Of a stretch of DNA of 64,000 nt, positions 60,069 through 64,000 are shown in pieces. The stretch is taken from positions 2,909,648 to 2,973,647 of the forward strand of contig SMSO01000014.1 of NCBI GenBank assembly GCA_004764695.1, written 5' to 3'. Position numbers and translations under genes: made by a program. The notes beneath the pieces are model-generated. The model was not told the DNA's origin and did not search any database. It saw only the letters and a list, made by a program, of their open reading frames with translations. Numbering within the stretch: position 1 is the stretch's first letter; every line of letters starts with the position of its first letter. The stretch comes from Schizochytrium sp. TIO01. Lineage: Eukaryota; Protista; Bigyra: Labyrinthulomycetes.

Positions 60069-62249
60069 CTAATCAAACAGAAGTCCGCCGGAGAGTCCAT
60101 TATTGGATAGACCATTCATGGCGGGGGAGTGTGATGTTGCAGCGAGGCTTCCAACATGGACCTGGGGTTGATAAGCCATGTGGCCACCTTGCAAGGAACC
60201 AATCTCTTGCATGTTCGCAGACAGCGTTGAGGGCTCGGCGTATGTGAAGTTGTCAAAGTGTGTTTGTGACTCTGACATCACGGACGAGGACAACATGTGG
60301 GGGTTGCGTGGGGACCCAACAAAGCTGCTGGCATCAATACTGTTGATGGGGAGGCGTGTGAACTGAGTGTCAAAGTTAGCAGTATCTGTCTGAGAGTTAA
60401 GACGAGGAACAAAAGGCGACGGGATTTCACGACGGTACAATTTGTCCCAATCCATAAACTGGAAGAACGGATGCTCTTTGACATCGTCAACGTCACGCAC
60501 AGAACCAAGGCGCTTGGTAACGTCACGCTCGAGAAAGTCGGTAAGAATGAGTTGCGCAAGGGATGATACAAAGTCGGGAAAACGGAGATCGCTACTACGG
60601 ATGCACGCAAACATCTTTTGGCGATCCTGGCTATACCAGGGTGGGAGGCCGGTGAGCATCTCATACAACAGAGCGCCAAGAGACCACCAATCAACAGAGG
60701 TACCGTGGCCCTTTCGGTTGAGCACCTCAGGAGCAAGATATTCAGGGGTGCCACAGAAACTATGTGTGCCCTTGATACCGGAGACGATGCCTTCCTTTGA
60801 AAGGCCAAAATCAGCGAGCTTGATGTGACCTTCCGAATCGAGGAGAATATTTTCAGGCTTGAGATCGCGATAGACTACTCCCTTTTTGTGTAAATGGCCT
60901 AGAGCAAGTGCAATCTCTGCAGCATAGAAACGGCCAAGGTTCTCACTGAAGCGGCCTGCGCGGCCAAGGTGGAAGAAGAGTTCACCACCTGAGCAAAAAT
61001 CAAGTACAAAGTGAAGTTTGTCACCCGTCTGAAAAGCGTAATGAAGCTTTACTACGAAAGGGTGATCTACAAGCCCGAGTACACTTCGTTCGGTCTTAGT
61101 ATGGACAACTTGTCGCCGTTTCACAACATGCTGTTTCTTGAGCACCTTGATAGCGTAGAGCTTGCCCGAGTCGCGCTTCCGGCACAAGAGAACCTTACCA
61201 AAAGAACCCTTGCCAAGGACACGAACCATTTCAAAGTCCTCAAGAGAGGGTTTTTTACCAGTGGGCGTACTGCTGGCTTCTGACTGCGAGGCGCTAGTAG
61301 AGCCAATGGATCGAGCAGACGAAGGGTTCGGCACTTGCTCTGATCCGTTGTTGCCTTGAGTGTTCACATAGAGCTGATTGGAACCGGGGTGGGCAAAGTT
61401 TCCATTGCTGACATTGTTATTGCTATTGATCTGTTGCTCGTTACCTGTTGGAAAGGTATCTCGAGACATTGCTTCATTATCGCTAGATCCAACGCCTTCG
61501 TCTTCACTCAGACCGTCACCGTTGCCCTCGAAATCAAGAATGTCATCGACATCGTGGAAGTTAATGTCACCCAGGCTGTTGGGGTTGCCGAGGTGCATGG
61601 GGACCGGATCTGAACGTTGACCAGGTGACCCGTGTCCAGCTTGGCTGCTCATCACAGGCTTGTGTGGGCTTGTAACCTCATTGCTACCAGCAACTGAGAC
61701 AGCATTTGTAGAGCCTTGTTGTTGTTGTTGCTGCTGCTGTTGTTGTGGAACCCGGACATCGGTAGGCCGCGACGAGCTCGCATGTGCAGAAAGCATTTTA
61801 TGTGAGTACCACAGGAAATCACGAACCAGATCGTTTGTAAGAAGTGCTGGCTCGTACACGAGTGTTTGGAGGTACTGCTCAAGATCTGCGCGGCGCTTCT
61901 CAAGGAAATCTTTGGAAAATCCGCCAAACATGCGCTTCGGTGGTAGTGTTGGCAATTTCTGACTGATACCACGAGCAGCGCAAAGCTGATCATGGAGCTG
62001 GCGAAACTCATTGTATCGCCGCTGTAGCTCCCATGCAACATCTCCTGACCGGAGCCGCACGATGTAAACGACAAACTTCGCACCAGATTTGTCTCTGACT
62101 ACTCTGTAATCAGGGATATTAAGAGACTGAACATTTTCCAGAAGGCTATCCTTCCGCAAGTCTACATTGTTGAGTTGCTCCGTGAGCGTAAACATTTGCT
62201 TAGGATCTCTGTGTTTGATATAATCCACGCTTTCGTGGACACGCTTCAT
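60069..62249 (-). CDS. PX-domain AGC Ser/Thr kinase (SGK3/CISK-like architecture), 726 aa
   Basis: PX domain: KFVVY...QRRYNEFRQLH...LPTLPPKRMFG...FLEKRRADLEQYLQ. Kinase motifs LGKGSFGKV, YAIKVLKK, YRDLKPEN, DFG and HSFCGTPEYLAPE. AGC tail NFDTQFT and hydrophobic motif FDNFTY. PolyQ linker. Confidence 0.93.
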   Translation of the reverse strand: MKRVHESVDYIKHRDPKQMFTLTEQLNNVDLRKDSLLENVQSLNIPDYRVVRDKSGAKFVVYIVRLRSGDVAWELQRRYNEFRQLHDQLCAARGISQKLPTLPPKRMFGGFSKDFLEKRRADLEQYLQTLVYEPALLTNDLVRDFLWYSHKMLSAHASSSRPTDVRVPQQQQQQQQQQGSTNAVSVAGSNEVTSPHKPVMSSQAGHGSPGQRSDPVPMHLGNPNSLGDINFHDVDDILDFEGNGDGLSEDEGVGSSDNEAMSRDTFPTGNEQQINSNNNVSNGNFAHPGSNQLYVNTQGNNGSEQVPNPSSARSIGSTSASQSEASSTPTGKKPSLEDFEMVRVLGKGSFGKVLLCRKRDSGKLYAIKVLKKQHVVKRRQVVHTKTERSVLGLVDHPFVVKLHYAFQTGDKLHFVLDFCSGGELFFHLGRAGRFSENLGRFYAAEIALALGHLHKKGVVYRDLKPENILLDSEGHIKLADFGLSKEGIVSGIKGTHSFCGTPEYLAPEVLNRKGHGTSVDWWSLGALLYEMLTGLPPWYSQDRQKMFACIRSSDLRFPDFVSSLAQLILTDFLERDVTKRLGSVRDVDDVKEHPFFQFMDWDKLYRREIPSPFVPRLNSQTDTANFDTQFTRLPINSIDASSFVGSPRNPHMLSSSVMSESQTHFDNFTYAEPSTLSANMQEIGSLQGGHMAYQPQVHVGSLAATSHSPAMNGLSNNGLSGGLLFD

Positions 62250-63898
62250 ATCTCAAACACGTCGCAGACTGCTCACAAAAGTAACAGACGTCGCAAACTT
62301 TCTTCTATATATAGTTTGCAGCTTCTAAAATGGGCCTTTATTCAGTTTGCTTATATGACTTGAAGAATCACTTTCAACGAAGCAGCTTGAAGAAGCTTGG
62401 ACAGAAAGGTTTGGTCGCAAATCCAATATCCCAATCAGCAAAAATGTCAAAAGCCAATTATCAAATCAAATTGTCAGATCAGAATACTCTCCACGCCTGA
62501 GCAACTAGCACTCGGAAACTAAAGGCGTCCACGTTCGTGACAAACCTCAAGTCCTTCGTTTAGTAGCACACAAGTAGAGACCAGAGTAAACTAGAGTTTA
62601 GCACAAAACTAAGCCCAGCAGTGACGGTGTTGAGATTAAAGGGATTGCACGCGAAATCTTGCTCACGACAAGAGGACAGGAGCGACCCGACCTGAGCTAT
62701 GCCAAGCCAGGGCGGCCTAGCTGACTCTATTCAGGTCCCTCGTCCTCAGAGGAGGGTATCGTGGCCGGACCAGACTCGCTGCGTGCGCGCGCGCGAGGCT
62801 GCTGCTGCCAATCGGGGTCTGCGGAGTTTGTCTCAGCAGAAGAAGCGACCAGAAGTGAGAAAGAAAGAAATAAAGTAAGAAAGAAAAAACTATAACTCCA
62901 ATGAAAACTCGACCACATCCCAATCATGGATACCTTCTTACGCGACTTGATGTATTGTTCATTTATAACGCACAATATATGACTCTCATTCTTTTGTTTA
63001 TAGGTAGCAAAGGAAACACATTCCATCTCCGATTATTAGTTTCTTTGAGCGCTCGCTCTAGAAATCAGAAACTCGCGAAAGGGCGGCGCGCAGGGCGGTT
63101 CAAGGATATGGCGAGGGAGTAAAGCTCAAGCGAAGGGTGCCACACGATCTCACTGTGGCAAATGTGGAGTTTGAGCAGGGAAGACAGGTGCGTCCAGGAG
63201 AAAGACAGGCGGCAAGCTACGATTTCCGGATGTGGTCGAGACTTTTTTAGCTCTCTGTTTTCTTGGAACACTTCTTCTTTCTTCTTTCTATCTGTAAGAA
63301 ATGACTTTCACTTTCGAAGTCACTTTTTCTTTCTCCTCTTTCCATGTAAATCCTCTTCGACCTTTTAGTTTTCCTTCCCTTCTCACAACCTCATATTACG
63401 ACTTGTATCATCCTCAAAATTGCACTTTATATCTCCATCTTCCTTCACATATTGGTAGTTGAGTCCCCCCAGTGATAGTTGCCCCATTTTGGAGGAGAAT
63501 ATAGAAGTCTGTCCCTTAGCACGCGCGGGAACTGTATTAGGTCACCACACTGGCCTTTTCAGAGGTAGTGCTAGTAAGAGACGGACGCGTCTTTATCGCC
63601 TCAGTGTCGTTCCTCACATAACGATAGCCAGGCGCACACTATCTCCTCTGGCTCCACAGAAGGTTTTTTTTTCTTCTTTTTTTTTCCACCTTGTGATGTG
63701 AGTTTTCCAGTTTTCTACAAGATTGATTATAAAAAAAAAGTAGTAATAAAAATAATAATAAGTAAATCAGTGAATGATGATTCCAAATCGACTTTCTTCC
63801 TTTCTTTGTCCTTCTCTCTCACTCATTTCATTTCCCCATTCTCATCCATTCTCTCTTAAGAAAGAAAGAAAGAAAGAAAGATACTGCGAAAACGTGGA

Positions 63899-63948
63899 AT
63901 TCTTTCATTCTTTCATTCTTTCATTCTTTCATTCTTTCATTCTTTCAT
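63899..63948. repeat. (ATTCTTTC)n 8-bp tandem repeat, ~6 units
   Basis: attctttcattctttc... read directly; an (AAAG)n run lies just upstream. Confidence 0.9.
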
Positions 63949-64000
63949 GTGATGCTGCGGCGCAAAGAGAGATACAGAGTAGAGATAATACAGAGATACT

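Noticed and set aside
1-64000. Numerous short (60-190 aa) ORFs nested in or antisense to the long genes
   Set aside because: Expected by chance in alternative frames; no independent coding signal.

Overview
Eukaryotic nuclear DNA with long intron-free genes separated by AT-rich, microsatellite-rich spacers. The style suggests a stramenopile protist such as a thraustochytrid, but that is inference only. About 13 protein genes in order: a partial coiled-coil ORF; a membrane-anchored thioredoxin-like + JmjC protein; a C11orf65/MFI-like IQ protein; a SPRY + multi-IQ protein; complex I subunit NDUFA1; mitochondrial succinate-semialdehyde dehydrogenase; a TROVE/Ro60-like vWA protein; a ~3,300-aa UFD4/TRIP12/UPL3/HECTD1-type HECT E3 ligase head-to-head with a USP40-like deubiquitinase; two tandem GT77-like glycosyltransferases; an unknown low-complexity protein; and a PX-domain AGC kinase. 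Four genes are each split by one frameshift (two +1, two -1), three of them at or beside short repeats, which most likely reflects assembly indels. No tRNA, rRNA, CRISPR array or intact mobile element was recognised. The most unusual items are the Trx-JmjC architecture, the Ro60-like protein, the heavily inserted HECT domain, a clustered GGTTGTAGCACC motif in the NDUFA1/SSADH divergent spacer, a 21-nt element conserved upstream of both glycosyltransferase paralogs, and decayed F-box-like and Myb/SANT-like fragments. I cannot demonstrate a complete new biological system from sequence alone.
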